NCBI GenBank assembly: GCA_040767805.1
Contig: JAXGNU010000001.1
Location: 192,001 to 256,000, forward strand
From: Thermovirgaceae bacterium
GTDB lineage: Bacteria > Synergistota > Synergistia > Synergistales > Thermovirgaceae
Length of the DNA: 64,000 nucleotides
Direction: 5' to 3'
A program made the position numbers and the translations under genes. The notes beneath the pieces are model-generated. The model worked only from the letters and a program-made list of their open reading frames with translations. It had not been told where the DNA came from and did not search any database. Positions 1-9,681 of the stretch are shown here, one piece after another (position 1 is the stretch's first letter; every line of letters begins with the position of its first letter).

Positions 1-106
1 CCTTTTCGGCGGCGACCTCCCCGGGAGCCTGGGCGGCGGCGCCGGGGCCGGCGAGGCACGGGGAGAGCAGGAGGGCCGACAGGAAAAGGACCCCCAGGAC
101 CCTCAT
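1..106 (-). CDS. N-terminus of a secreted protein, possibly PilQ/secretin (runs off window)
   Basis: ATG at 104-106 overlaps the stop of the upstream gene. MRVLGVLFLSALLLSPCLAG looks like a signal peptide. Position after pilMNOP suggests the secretin. Confidence 0.45.
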   Translation of the reverse strand, partial: MRVLGVLFLSALLLSPCLAGPGAAAQAPGEVAAEK

Positions 107-702
107 CACCGGTCCACCGGTATGTCTAGTTGCTGACCGGACCATGTGACCACCACCTTCTCTTGAGAAATGCCAAGGACCTTTCCCAGGCCCCCGCCGA
201 AGGGCGTCCCCCTCCTGAGGATGACGCCCTCGCCGAAACCTTCTATGTCGGCCACCGCGGCCGCGTCCTTCTCCCTTATCAGGATCGCCTTTATCCAGAT
301 CTCGGGCGGCGCCGGGGCCGAGGCCGACGCCGGGCCGCCCTCGACCCCCCCGGCCGTCTCGGGTTCCGACGGCGAGAAGGGCCTTCGGGCCAGCGTGGCG
401 GCGATCACGGCCAGCTGGGTGCTCCCCGACCGGGCCAGCACGGCGTTCCTGAAGCCGGCCGCCGTCTCCTGGAGGGAGGTTATCTCCTTTTCCACCGCGG
501 CGCCTCCCGGGGGCGGCGGCGGCACGTCCCTCGCCTGGGCGGTGATCACCATCTGCCTGAAGAGGAAGGCCGACCACAGGATGCCGCCCACGAGCATGAG
601 GGCCAGCAGCACCCTGAGCCACCTCGGGAAGCGGTCACCCTCGACGACGTCCTTCCACAGTTCGCGGGCCGTGCCGAGCCAGGTATCGGGTCCGGCCATC
701 AC
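106..702 (-). CDS. Type IV pilus assembly protein, PilP-position membrane-anchored protein
   Basis: One TM helix, Pro-rich linker and a beta-rich C-terminus (GKVLGISQEKVVV). Translationally coupled within the pil operon. Confidence 0.55.
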   Translation of the reverse strand: MMAGPDTWLGTARELWKDVVEGDRFPRWLRVLLALMLVGGILWSAFLFRQMVITAQARDVPPPPPGGAAVEKEITSLQETAAGFRNAVLARSGSTQLAVIAATLARRPFSPSEPETAGGVEGGPASASAPAPPEIWIKAILIREKDAAAVADIEGFGEGVILRRGTPFGGGLGKVLGISQEKVVVTWSGQQLDIPVDR

Positions 703-1217
703 TGGTCACCCCCCGCGGCGAGGGCCGTCTCGAGGACGGCCGTGCCCTTCACGCGCCCCGGCTCGTCGGCCTCGAGGCTCACGCTTATCATCCTGACGGC
801 GCTGCCCATGCCCCTCCAGTCGGAGAAGACCCCCAGCACCGAGTAGTAGGCCCCCAGGAAGTCGACCTGCACCGAGGAGGTGCCGGCGACGGCCTTGGAG
901 GGCTTCATGCTGTTCACCTGGACGCCGTTCTTTGCCAGTTCCCTCTCCACGGAGGAGTAAAAGGCCACCTGGTCGGGGGGGAGCGCCACCCGGTAGGCGC
1001 CGATCTCCTCGTTGGTCCTCTTGTAGGCCTGCAGGAGGCTCGACTTGTCCTGGATGTCCGCCTCGAGGACCCTCTGCCGGGTCCGCAGTTCCACGATGAG
1101 CCTCCGCTCCTCGTTCACCATCCGGGCGAAGAGGAACTGCCCCAGGACGACGGAAAGGACCAGCAGGACGCCGAAAAGGGAGAGGATCACCCTCTTGCGC
1201 GGCAGCGTCAGTTTCAT
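699..1217 (-). CDS. pilO: PilO-like type IV pilus assembly protein
   Basis: Start MKLTLPRK; N-terminal TM, coiled coil, then GAYYSVLGVFSDW. Follows pilN. Confidence 0.65.
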   Translation of the reverse strand: MKLTLPRKRVILSLFGVLLVLSVVLGQFLFARMVNEERRLIVELRTRQRVLEADIQDKSSLLQAYKRTNEEIGAYRVALPPDQVAFYSSVERELAKNGVQVNSMKPSKAVAGTSSVQVDFLGAYYSVLGVFSDWRGMGSAVRMISVSLEADEPGRVKGTAVLETALAAGGDQ

Positions 1218-1804
1218 CTCGAGGCCACCTCCTCGCCGCCGTCGGGGGCGATGGACATGATCTCCCTGATCCCGCAGTCCAGGGAGAACCTCACCGAGGC
1301 GCCGCTCTCCTGGCGGACCCTCGTCGTGACTGGAAAGCCTACGGAACTCACCACCGCCGCCTCCGAGAGGGCCCTGCCGAAGGAGACCACGTCGTTCTCG
1401 GTGTAGGCGAAGCCCGAGAGGGCGGCCTTGCCCGGCGAGAGGCTCGCCTTCTGAAGCCACACGCCGGGGGGCAGGGTCCGCTCCAGGGAGCCCAGGAACT
1501 CCACCGAGGGCAGTTCCTTCTGGAGCAGGGCCAGGGCCTTGCCGAAGTCCTGGTACAGGGCCTGCTGCTTCTTCAGTTCGGCGCCCAGTTTGCCTACCTG
1601 TACCATCTTCATGTCGATGTCGGACTGCAGTTCCATCCTCTCGGCCCTGAGGGCTCTCGACACCACCAGGCCGTAGATGAGGGTCACCAACGACACGCCG
1701 GCGAAGAGCACGACCAGGACCAGCGCCGCCGTCCTCTTCATCTGCACCGGCTTCCTTTCGGACTCGATGTAATCGACGGGCCGCAGGTCGAGTTTGAGGC
1801 TCAT
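1214..1804 (-). CDS. pilN: PilN domain protein
   Basis: LDLRP motif, TM, coiled coil, LPPGVWL...LSGFA typical of PilN. Confidence 0.8.
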   Translation of the reverse strand: MSLKLDLRPVDYIESERKPVQMKRTAALVLVVLFAGVSLVTLIYGLVVSRALRAERMELQSDIDMKMVQVGKLGAELKKQQALYQDFGKALALLQKELPSVEFLGSLERTLPPGVWLQKASLSPGKAALSGFAYTENDVVSFGRALSEAAVVSSVGFPVTTRVRQESGASVRFSLDCGIREIMSIAPDGGEEVASR

Positions 1805-2748
1805 GACAGGCTCCTCAAGGCCAGCCCCAGGGCTGCCTCCCAACCGGCCCGTTCATCGGGCGCTCCCACGATGCCCCACTCCTTCCAGGGATCGGACACG
1901 GTGACGGGGACGGCCGTCACGGCTTCGATGGCCTCCTTCAGTTCGCCCCGGTCGGCGAAGTCGCCGGCCAGGATTATCTCGTCCACCCTCATCTCCCGGA
2001 ACTGGCTCCCCAGGTAGGTGAAGGTCGAGGAGACCTCCCTGGCCACGGGGGCGAAGGGCGCGCCGGGCCCGGGGGGGGTCTCCCCCCCCACGAGCAGCGT
2101 GCGGTAGAGCACGCCGTCGCCGCCGTAGCCCACGACGATCTGGGAACTGCTCCTCCCCACGGAGACCACCATGGATCCCTCGGCGGGTCCCCTGCCGCCC
2201 CCGCCGGCGCAGCGGTAGAGGGCCACGTTGGCGGGCTCCACGGCGGCCACCCTGATGCCGGCCCGGCGGGCCACATCCAGCAGGGAGTTCACCACGTGGA
2301 GCCTCGAGGCGGCCACCACGTACCGGGCGCTCTCGCGGGACCCCTCGCCGGGGGTGCTGATGGGCCCCAGGTCGAAGGTGGCGTCGGCGTAGGGGAAGGG
2401 GAAGTACTTGTCGAAGTCCCACTTGAGGGCCTCCCGGGCGTCGGAGGCGTCCATGGAGGGCATCTCCACGACCCGCAGCAGCACGTCCCGGGGGGGCATG
2501 CCGATGACGACGGGGTCGGCCCACCGCCCCCCCAGGGACTCCCTCATCCCCAGGAGGTGGGCCTCCAGGGAGTGGGCGTCGGCTATCATCTCCTGCTCGA
2601 TGGCCATGCCGTCGATGGGGCGCTCCGAACTGACCGACACGGCGAGGTCCCCCGGCGAGCCCTCCAGTTCGACGTACCGGAGGGAACCGGCGCCGAGGGC
2701 AAGCCCCGCCGCCGAGACGCTCTTCCTGAAAAGCGCTATGGCCGTCAC
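1801..2748 (-). CDS. pilM: Type IV pilus assembly protein PilM
   Basis: Actin-like fold features (YFPFP, IILAGD) and C-terminal ALGLALR. Confidence 0.85.
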   Translation of the reverse strand: MTAIALFRKSVSAAGLALGAGSLRYVELEGSPGDLAVSVSSERPIDGMAIEQEMIADAHSLEAHLLGMRESLGGRWADPVVIGMPPRDVLLRVVEMPSMDASDAREALKWDFDKYFPFPYADATFDLGPISTPGEGSRESARYVVAASRLHVVNSLLDVARRAGIRVAAVEPANVALYRCAGGGGRGPAEGSMVVSVGRSSSQIVVGYGGDGVLYRTLLVGGETPPGPGAPFAPVAREVSSTFTYLGSQFREMRVDEIILAGDFADRGELKEAIEAVTAVPVTVSDPWKEWGIVGAPDERAGWEAALGLALRSLS

Positions 2749-2956
2749 CGCCCTTCAAAAGGGGTAACCTTCCAGGAACAGGGACATGACCAACTCCGCC
2801 CGGTCAAGGCCCGGGCGACTTCGTCGATACTATAACCCATCATTGCGCAAAAGGACAAGGTCGCACAATCTTCCGCCTTGCACCGAGATTCCCCGGGCAC
2901 GGGCCGGCCGCGCCCGGGGGTAATCCCTTCAGCCGGTGTTAATGCAAAAACTTTTT

Positions 2957-2981
2957 AAAAAGGCCGGGTCGCCCCGGCCTT
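2957..2981 (-). terminator. Intrinsic terminator, probably the original pilA terminator
   Basis: Stem AAGGCCGGG-TCGC-CCCGGCCTT followed by a U run on the minus strand. Confidence 0.7.
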
Positions 2982-3000
2982 AAAGAAACTAATTGCTTAA

Positions 3001-3912
3001 GGTGATTGCACCCTATTTGGCACTGGTATTAGTATGGTGCCATGGACCTCAAAGCCTATGAACACTGGATCCATACCGAGTCTGCAGCCAGAAAATTCAT
3101 GTTGGGATTTTGCTGGAAAAACCAACAAAGAATTTGCCCTGAATGCAGACAAAGAAAACTGTTCAGGCTTACTGACGGTAGATGTCGATGTTCCCGTTGC
3201 GGTTATACCTTCCATGACTTCTCCGGAAGGTGGATAAATCTGGTTGACCTTGACTGCGGACAGTGGCTTCGGCTTATAAAGCTCTTCGAACTGGAGCTTT
3301 CATCCCGGAAGATCACCCAACACAACTGTCCGTTTCATACAAGGTCGCCCACAGGGCCGTGATGGTTCTTAGAGGGGCCATTCTGGCCCATGCACCCGAT
3401 GCCCAAAAGCTCCTTGGCGGCGAGGTGGAAATAGATGAATCCTGTTTCGGCGGCAAACGTAAAGGCAAACGCGGCCGTGGCGCCTCCGGCAAGGTCCCGG
3501 TCTTCGGCATTCTTGAAAGGGACGGACTTGTTCATGTGGAGGCCGTCCCGAACGTAAGGGCCGAAACGCTCCTGGACATGACCGTCAGGAAGGTGCGCCG
3601 CGGAAGCATAGTCTACACGGACAAGTTCAAGGTCTACGATTCCCTTATGTTCTGCGGATACAGGCACCTCAAGGTGGATCACGGCAAAAGGGTCTATGCC
3701 AGCGGCAAAGTCTACATCAACGGCCTTGAAGGCTTCTGGAGCTTTGCCAAGGAACGCCTTATCAAGCACCATGGTGTTTCAAGGACCTGGTTCCCTTATT
3801 ACCTGAAAGAACTCGAGTTCCGGTACAATAACCGACGAAACGAAATATTCAATGTTCTCTGTCAGTATATATGTGACTTTACACCTCTTGTGCCAGATAG
3901 GGAGTAATCACC
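3001..3912 (+). mobile_element. IS1595-family insertion sequence (912 bp)
   Basis: Imperfect 23-bp TIRs: GGTGATTGCACCCTATTTGGCAC versus reverse complement GGTGATTACTCCCTATCTGGCAC. 8-bp TSD TTGCTTAA at 2993-3000 and 3913-3920. Confidence 0.95.
3042..3907 (+). pseudogene. IS1595 transposase, frameshifted
   Basis: Zn ribbon (CPEC..CSRC) in 3042-3362. DDE part (EIDESCFGG, YTD, INGLEGFW) is in another frame. The break lies at CAACACAACTG near 3318-3328. Confidence 0.9.
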
Positions 3913-3916
3913 TTGC

Positions 3917-4363
3917 TTAATTTGAAACCTTCATTCTCACAATATTTTCATCACCACTGATAATTAATCCCGCCGATTCTTTCATTTCTTTAAGCCTCTT
4001 CCAAAAACCATCACTAATATTCTCGTCTTTTTTTGTAAATACAATATAGACAGGTTCAGCTTCAGTAGTTTCAAGGCTATAGTCTCCTAGACCCGGGGCA
4101 GCCGGCTCTCTGTCGAGGTAAGTTTCCAGTTCCTTTATCTTATCCCCGGAAACAACAAAAGTGTTGTTATCAGCGTAATACATCAACATTGCTGCTTTCA
4201 AAGTCCTCATATCACTGACAACTTTGGTGGCATTTGCCTTGTCGGTTCCCGAGCCCATCACCAGGAGCAGCGACCCCGCCAGGATGCCGATGATGACAAT
4301 GACGATGAGGAGTTCTACCAGGGTGAAGCCCCGCGCTTTCCTTTTCTTCAGCCACTGTTTCAT
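3917..4363 (-). CDS. pilA: Type IV major pilin (prepilin)
   Basis: Basic leader, then G|FTLVELLIVIVIIGILA N-methylation motif. 148 aa. Confidence 0.9.
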   Translation of the reverse strand: MKQWLKKRKARGFTLVELLIVIVIIGILAGSLLLVMGSGTDKANATKVVSDMRTLKAAMLMYYADNNTFVVSGDKIKELETYLDREPAAPGLGDYSLETTEAEPVYIVFTKKDENISDGFWKRLKEMKESAGLIISGDENIVRMKVSN

Positions 4364-4416
4364 TCTATAGCCCTCCCTTTTTCTCGGTGCTGGATGAAAG
4401 CCCTTAAAACAAAATG

Positions 4417-4445
4417 ATTCTAGCATCAATCCCCTCCCCTGTACA
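4417..4445 (-). promoter_or_regulatory. Candidate extended -10 promoter for pilA
   Basis: TGTACA-17 nt-TAGAAT with TGn directly before the -10. Confidence 0.45.
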
Positions 4446-4482
4446 GGTATGAAAAAAGTCAAGTAATCCCGCCCGTGAAGGG

Positions 4483-5703
4483 CTAAAGCATGGCCTGGAT
4501 CGCCCCCACGATGGGCAGGAATATGGCCGACGCCACGAGGGCCACGATGCCGCCGACGAAGATGATCAGCAGGGGCTCTATGACGGCCGTGAGGCGCTTG
4601 ATCTTCTCGTCCAGTTCCTGCTCGAACCAGTCGGCCACCTTGCCCAGCATCTCCTCGAGCCGCCCCGTCTGCTCTCCGATGGTGATCATGTGGGCCACCA
4701 TGATGGGGAAGACCTTCGTCTTGGCCACGGTCTCCCCCAGGGCCTGCCCCCGCCGGGCCGCCTCGCGCATGTCGATGTAGGCCTTTTCCACGACGTAGTT
4801 GTTGGCCACCTCGGAGGTCATCTCCAGGGACATCAAAATGGGGACCCCCGCCTCGACGAGGGCCGAGAGGGTGCGGTTCGTCCTGGCCATGATGGTCTTG
4901 TAAAAGATGTCGCCCAGGACGGGGAGTTTCAGTTTCATCCTGTCCATGACCGGCCTCGTGGCCTTCATCCTGTTGAAGAGGATGATGAGTACGATGAAGG
5001 TGACGACCCCCGCCAGGAAGAGGTACCACTTCTCGCTCATCCAGACGGCGAACTTGAAGGTCACCGTCGTCACCGCCGGCAGGTCGATCCCCATGGAGTC
5101 GAAGACCTGGGCGAAGCGGGGGACGATGAAGGTGATGAGGATGTAGACCACCCCCAGGGCGAAGGTGACCACCACGGCGGGGTAACTGACGGCGGAGTAT
5201 ATCTTGGCCCGCAGTTCCTGCTGCTTTTCCAGGAAGGTGGCCAGCCTCTCCATGCTCGAGTCGAGGACTCCCCCCTCCTCGCCGGCCCTGACGATGGAGA
5301 CCATCAGCACCGAGAAGACCTTCTGGGTGCGCATGGCGGCGCTGAAGGACATGCCCCCGTCGACGAGTTTCTTGACCTCCTTCACTGAGGCGGCGAGCCG
5401 CTGGTTCTTGGTCTGCTCCCCCAGTATCTCCAGGGCCGACCCCAGGTTTATCCCCGAGGATATCATCGTGGCCAGCTGGCGGAACAGGACGGCCTTGTCC
5501 TTCAGGGAGACGGTGCTTATCATCCTGAGGCGGTCCATGAAGGAGGGCTTACCCGTCCCCGCGGCGGCCTCGAAGGAAAGGGGGACCAATCCGCGGCCGC
5601 GGATGATCGCGGCGGCCTGGGCCTGGCTGTCGGCTTCCATGAAGCCGCTAACCGTGTCTCCCTTGGGGTTTCGGGCCTTGTACTTGAGCCTCACCGAGCG
5701 CAC
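4483..5703 (-). CDS. pilC: Type IV pilus platform protein PilC (T2SS F family)
   Basis: FRQLATMISSG, GEEGGVL, GEQTGRLEEML, IEPLLI motifs. Confidence 0.93.
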   Translation of the reverse strand: MRSVRLKYKARNPKGDTVSGFMEADSQAQAAAIIRGRGLVPLSFEAAAGTGKPSFMDRLRMISTVSLKDKAVLFRQLATMISSGINLGSALEILGEQTKNQRLAASVKEVKKLVDGGMSFSAAMRTQKVFSVLMVSIVRAGEEGGVLDSSMERLATFLEKQQELRAKIYSAVSYPAVVVTFALGVVYILITFIVPRFAQVFDSMGIDLPAVTTVTFKFAVWMSEKWYLFLAGVVTFIVLIILFNRMKATRPVMDRMKLKLPVLGDIFYKTIMARTNRTLSALVEAGVPILMSLEMTSEVANNYVVEKAYIDMREAARRGQALGETVAKTKVFPIMVAHMITIGEQTGRLEEMLGKVADWFEQELDEKIKRLTAVIEPLLIIFVGGIVALVASAIFLPIVGAIQAML

Positions 5704-5791
5704 CCCCGGTCGGTTAAGATAGCGCCCTTATATTATTACCTGTAAATTATATGAATTCAATGAAAGCAAGTCAATATGGCGCGTCAAACCG

Positions 5792-6874
5792 CTAAAAGGC
5801 CGTCTCGAAGACGAGCCTCTCCAGGTCCTTGGGGTCATGGGCCCTGGCCCTGGCGATGTCGAAGGGGATGACCCCGTCCCGGACGAGGCGGGCCAGGTCC
5901 TGATCCATGGTGTGCATGCCGAAGGAGGAGCCCGTCTGCATGACGCTCACCATCTGGGAGACCTTGGCCTCGCGGATGAGGTTCCTCACCGCCGGCGTGG
6001 CGAACATCAGGTCCGTGGCCACCACCCTCCCCCCGCCGGGGGTGGGGATCAGCTGCTGGGTGCACGCCCCGATGAGCACGTTGCTCAGTTGCTGGCGTAT
6101 CTGCTGCTGCTGGTAGGGGGGGAAGACGTCGATGATGCGGTCCACCGTCTGGGCGGCGCCCTGGGTGTGGAGGGTGGCTAGGACGAGGTGCCCCGTCTCG
6201 GCGGCCGTCACGGCCGCGGCGATGGTCTCCAGGTCCCTCATCTCGCCGATGAGGATCACGTCGGGGTCCTGCCTCAGGACCCTCTTCAGGGCCTCGGCGA
6301 AGCTCCAGGTGTCGGTCCCCACCTCCCTCTGGTGGATGAGGGCCATCACTGAGGTGTGGAGGTACTCGATGGGATCCTCGATGGTGACGATGTGGCACGC
6401 CCTGGTGTGGTTTATCTCCTGGATGAGGGAGGCCAGGGTGGTGCTCTTCCCACTCCCCGTGGGGCCCGTCACCAGGAAGAGCCCCCGGTGCTTCTTCGCT
6501 ACCTCCTCCAGGTGCAAGGGGAGTTTTAATTCGGCGATGGTCCTAATCTTCGTCGGTATCGTCCTCAAGGCCATCCCGGGGTTGCCCCGCTCGAAAAAGC
6601 AGTTGCCCCTGAAGCGGGAGCTCTCCCCCGTGGGGGCCGTGAAGGTGAAGCTGAAGTCCATCTCCAGTTTCTCGTCGAGTTCCTCTATCTGCTTCCGGGT
6701 CAGGACCTCCCCCGTCATGGCGCGGACGTCCTGGGCGCTCAGGACGCCGTAGGAGGTCAACGCCAGGAGGTCGCCGTCGATCCTCACCGTGGGGTGGAGC
6801 CCCGTGCCGAGGTGGATATCGGTGGCCTGCTTCCGGACCGTCTCCGCCAGAACCGCCTGAAGGGATACCGCCAT
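5792..6874 (-). CDS. pilT: Retraction ATPase PilT
   Basis: GPTGSGKST, TIEDPIE, LRQDPDVILIGEMRD, AVRNLIRE (AIRNLIRE motif), GMHTMDQ. Confidence 0.93.
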   Translation of the reverse strand: MAVSLQAVLAETVRKQATDIHLGTGLHPTVRIDGDLLALTSYGVLSAQDVRAMTGEVLTRKQIEELDEKLEMDFSFTFTAPTGESSRFRGNCFFERGNPGMALRTIPTKIRTIAELKLPLHLEEVAKKHRGLFLVTGPTGSGKSTTLASLIQEINHTRACHIVTIEDPIEYLHTSVMALIHQREVGTDTWSFAEALKRVLRQDPDVILIGEMRDLETIAAAVTAAETGHLVLATLHTQGAAQTVDRIIDVFPPYQQQQIRQQLSNVLIGACTQQLIPTPGGGRVVATDLMFATPAVRNLIREAKVSQMVSVMQTGSSFGMHTMDQDLARLVRDGVIPFDIARARAHDPKDLERLVFETAF

Positions 6875-6897
6875 CGTGCCGCCCACCCGCCCTTCGC

Positions 6898-8601
6898 TCA
6901 GTTGAGGGTCACCTGGAGGACTTCCTCCAGGCTCGTTACGCCGTCGAGCACCTTCCTCAGCCCCGAATCCCTCAGGGTCCTCATGCCTTCGCGGATGGCC
7001 TCCTGCTGTATCCTGTGGCCCGCCGCGCCGTCCAGTATGAGGTTCTGGATCTCCTCGTCGACCTTCATTATCTCGTAGATGCCCGAGCGCCCCTTGTAGC
7101 CGGTACCGCGGCAGACCTCGCACCCCAAGGGCTTGAAGGCCCTGGACCCCCTTGGGATCCCCAGGTCGTCGGCCGTCCTGTCGGGGATGGTGTACTCCTG
7201 CTTGCACTCGGTGCAGAGTTTGCGGACGAGCCTCTGGGCGATGACCGCCAGCAACGACGAGGAGACCAGGAAGGGGGCTATCCCCATCTCCACGAGCCTT
7301 ATGGAGGCGCTGGGGGCGTCGTTGGTATGGAGCGTGGAGAGCACCAGGTGCCCCGTGAGGGCCGCCCTGACGGCCAGCTGGGCCGTCTCCAGGTCCCGGA
7401 TCTCCCCGACCATCACCTTGTCGGGGTCCTGCCGAAGGATGGAGCGCAGCGCCTCGCTGAAGGTGAGCCCCGCCTTTTCGTGGACCTGGATCTGATTTAT
7501 CCCCGTCATGGTGTACTCCACGGGGTCCTCCACGGTGATGATGTTCACCTCGGGCTTGCTCAGCCTCTCCAGGATGGAATAGAGGGTCGTCGACTTGCCG
7601 CTCCCGGTGGGCCCCGTGACGAGGACTATGCCGTAGGGGGCGGCGATGATGCCGTCGACGATGACCCGGTCGTCGGTCTCGAGGCCCAGTTTTTCCAGGC
7701 CCACCATGGCGTTGGACTGGTCCAGGAGCCGGAGGACGACCTTCTCGCCGTATATGGTGGGCAGCGTCGACACCCGGAGGTCGATGTTCTTGTTCAGCGT
7801 CTTTATGAGGATCCTCCCGTCCTGGGGACGCCTCTTCTCGGAGATGTCGATGTTGGCCATGATCTTTATCCTGGAGGAGACGGCGGGGTGGAGTTTCCTG
7901 GGGAAGTCGACGGCGTCGAAGAGGGAGCCGTCGACCCTGTACCTGACCCGGGTCACCTTCTCGTAGGGTTCTATGTGGATGTCCGAGGCCGACTCGCGGA
8001 CGGCCTGCTCCATGATGGAGTTGACCAGCTTGACGACGGGCGCGTCGTCGGCGCTCGTGCCCCTGCCCTCCCGGTCGAGGTCGGCGGGCCCGGCGGACTC
8101 CACCACCTCGACCATGGCGTCGTCGAGGGACATCTGCACCTCGTAAAACTTGTCCAGGTCGCGGAAGATCTCCGTGGAGGTGGCGATGCCCACTTCCACC
8201 TCCATGCTGGTGAGCAGCCTGAGTTCGTCGATGGCCAGCACGTTGAGCGGGTCGGCCATGGCCACCATGAGCCGGTTGTTGTCCAGTATGGCCAGCGGGA
8301 CCAGTTCCAGCCTCCGGGCGACGTTCTCGGGGACCAGGCGCAGAGCCTCCCCCATGGGGCGGTAGCGGGCGAGGGATATGAGGGGGACCTTCAGCTGCCT
8401 GCTGAGGACCTCGGCCAACTGTCGCTCCGTCAGCAGTTGCTTGGCGACCAGTATCTCGCCAAGCCTCTTCTTGGAGAACTTTTGTTCCGAGAGGACCCTT
8501 TCCAGGACCTCCTGGGAGAGGAGACCCGAACTAACGAGGAGGTCCCCAAGCCTGAACTGGAACTGGCCGTTGGAGTTCTGTCCCTGGGGCACGCACATCA
8601 C
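6898..8601 (-). CDS. pilB: Assembly ATPase PilB/GspE
   Basis: N-terminal RLGxxL MshEN-like repeats, Walker A, RQDPD and tetracysteine motif. Confidence 0.93.
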   Translation of the reverse strand: MMCVPQGQNSNGQFQFRLGDLLVSSGLLSQEVLERVLSEQKFSKKRLGEILVAKQLLTERQLAEVLSRQLKVPLISLARYRPMGEALRLVPENVARRLELVPLAILDNNRLMVAMADPLNVLAIDELRLLTSMEVEVGIATSTEIFRDLDKFYEVQMSLDDAMVEVVESAGPADLDREGRGTSADDAPVVKLVNSIMEQAVRESASDIHIEPYEKVTRVRYRVDGSLFDAVDFPRKLHPAVSSRIKIMANIDISEKRRPQDGRILIKTLNKNIDLRVSTLPTIYGEKVVLRLLDQSNAMVGLEKLGLETDDRVIVDGIIAAPYGIVLVTGPTGSGKSTTLYSILERLSKPEVNIITVEDPVEYTMTGINQIQVHEKAGLTFSEALRSILRQDPDKVMVGEIRDLETAQLAVRAALTGHLVLSTLHTNDAPSASIRLVEMGIAPFLVSSSLLAVIAQRLVRKLCTECKQEYTIPDRTADDLGIPRGSRAFKPLGCEVCRGTGYKGRSGIYEIMKVDEEIQNLILDGAAGHRIQQEAIREGMRTLRDSGLRKVLDGVTSLEEVLQVTLN

Positions 8602-8792
8602 CTCTGAATAGTGAACCGGCCTGTATCCATGGCTGCTGCCTTACGTTCGTATATCATACAACAAAAGAAAGAACAAGGCCGCAAATAGCGGATGTGCGGC
8701 CGGAGAGAGGCGGGATCCCGGCCCGTGGCCTTATACTTGGGGGGAGGCAAGGGCTCGGGAAAAGGAAAGGACGCCGGCAGGGGGGTGAGGGC

Positions 8793-9641
8793 ATGGCCGA
8801 AGAGGACCCTTCGGGAAAGGCCTGGGAGACGGAGTTCACCGCGCTGGACCTGGAGACCACGGGGCTTGACCCCTTGGCGGACCGCATCGTCGAGATCGGG
8901 GCCGTCACCTTCAAGGGGGACGCCATCATCGACACCTTCGAGACCCTGGTGGACCCGGGGGTGAGGATCAGCCCCGCCCTGACGGCCATCCACGGCATCG
9001 ACAACGGGATGGTCAAGGGCGCCCCGGGGCCCCCGGAGGCCGTCGCCAGGCTGCTGGCCTTCATGGGCGCCAGGCCCCTGGTGATCCATAACGCCCCCTT
9101 CGACATGGGCTTCATCGAGACGGTCCTGCGGGAGCGCTTCCTGGAGGTCCCCCTCAACGACCTCTTCGACACCTGCCGCATCGCGCCGGTGGTCTTCCCC
9201 GGGCTGGCCAGCTACCGCCTGGGGGAACTGTCAAGTTCCCTGGGGGTGGAACAGGGGCGCGGCCACAGGGCCCTTGACGACTCGCTGGCGGCGATGGGGG
9301 TCTTCCTGAGGTGCCTCGGGGAGATCGACCCGGCGAGGTCGATGAATTATGGCTCTTTTGAGAAAAATTACTCCCTCCGCTCCCTGGCGGCCCTCGAGAG
9401 GAGCGCGGCTCCCCTGCGCTGGCCCCCGGGCTTCGAGGTCATCCGGGAGGCCTGCGAGACCTCCGGGAAGGTCCTCATCACCTACCAGGGGGGCGGCGGC
9501 GAACTGACAGAGAGGCTCATAGCCCCCAGGAGGCTCGTCAGGGTCCGCGGCAGGACCATGCTCGAGGCCTGGTGCTTCCTCCGGGGGGAGAGCCGCACCT
9601 TCCGCTTCGACAGGATCGTCGAGATAAAAGGGAAGGAGTGA
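8793..9641 (+). CDS. DEDDh 3'-5' exonuclease (DnaQ-like) fused to a C-terminal WYL domain
   Basis: DLETTG, HNAPFD, HRALDD exonuclease motifs. C-terminal ITY...TERLIAP...LEAWCFLRGESRTFRFDRI is a WYL signature. Confidence 0.85.
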   Translation: MAEEDPSGKAWETEFTALDLETTGLDPLADRIVEIGAVTFKGDAIIDTFETLVDPGVRISPALTAIHGIDNGMVKGAPGPPEAVARLLAFMGARPLVIHNAPFDMGFIETVLRERFLEVPLNDLFDTCRIAPVVFPGLASYRLGELSSSLGVEQGRGHRALDDSLAAMGVFLRCLGEIDPARSMNYGSFEKNYSLRSLAALERSAAPLRWPPGFEVIREACETSGKVLITYQGGGGELTERLIAPRRLVRVRGRTMLEAWCFLRGESRTFRFDRIVEIKGKE

Positions 9642-9670
9642 AAAAAGACGCCCCCCCAAGGGGGCGTCTT
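9641..9670. terminator. Terminator between exo-WYL and the tRNA pair
   Basis: AAGACGCCCCC / GGGGGCGTCTT hairpin with an A tract on the left. Confidence 0.7.
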
Positions 9671-9681
9671 CCGTCATTTTA

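Noticed and set aside
3917..5029. 370-aa ORF as a long pilin
   Set aside because: The upstream part overlaps pilC out of frame. The pilin starts at 4363 with its own RBS.
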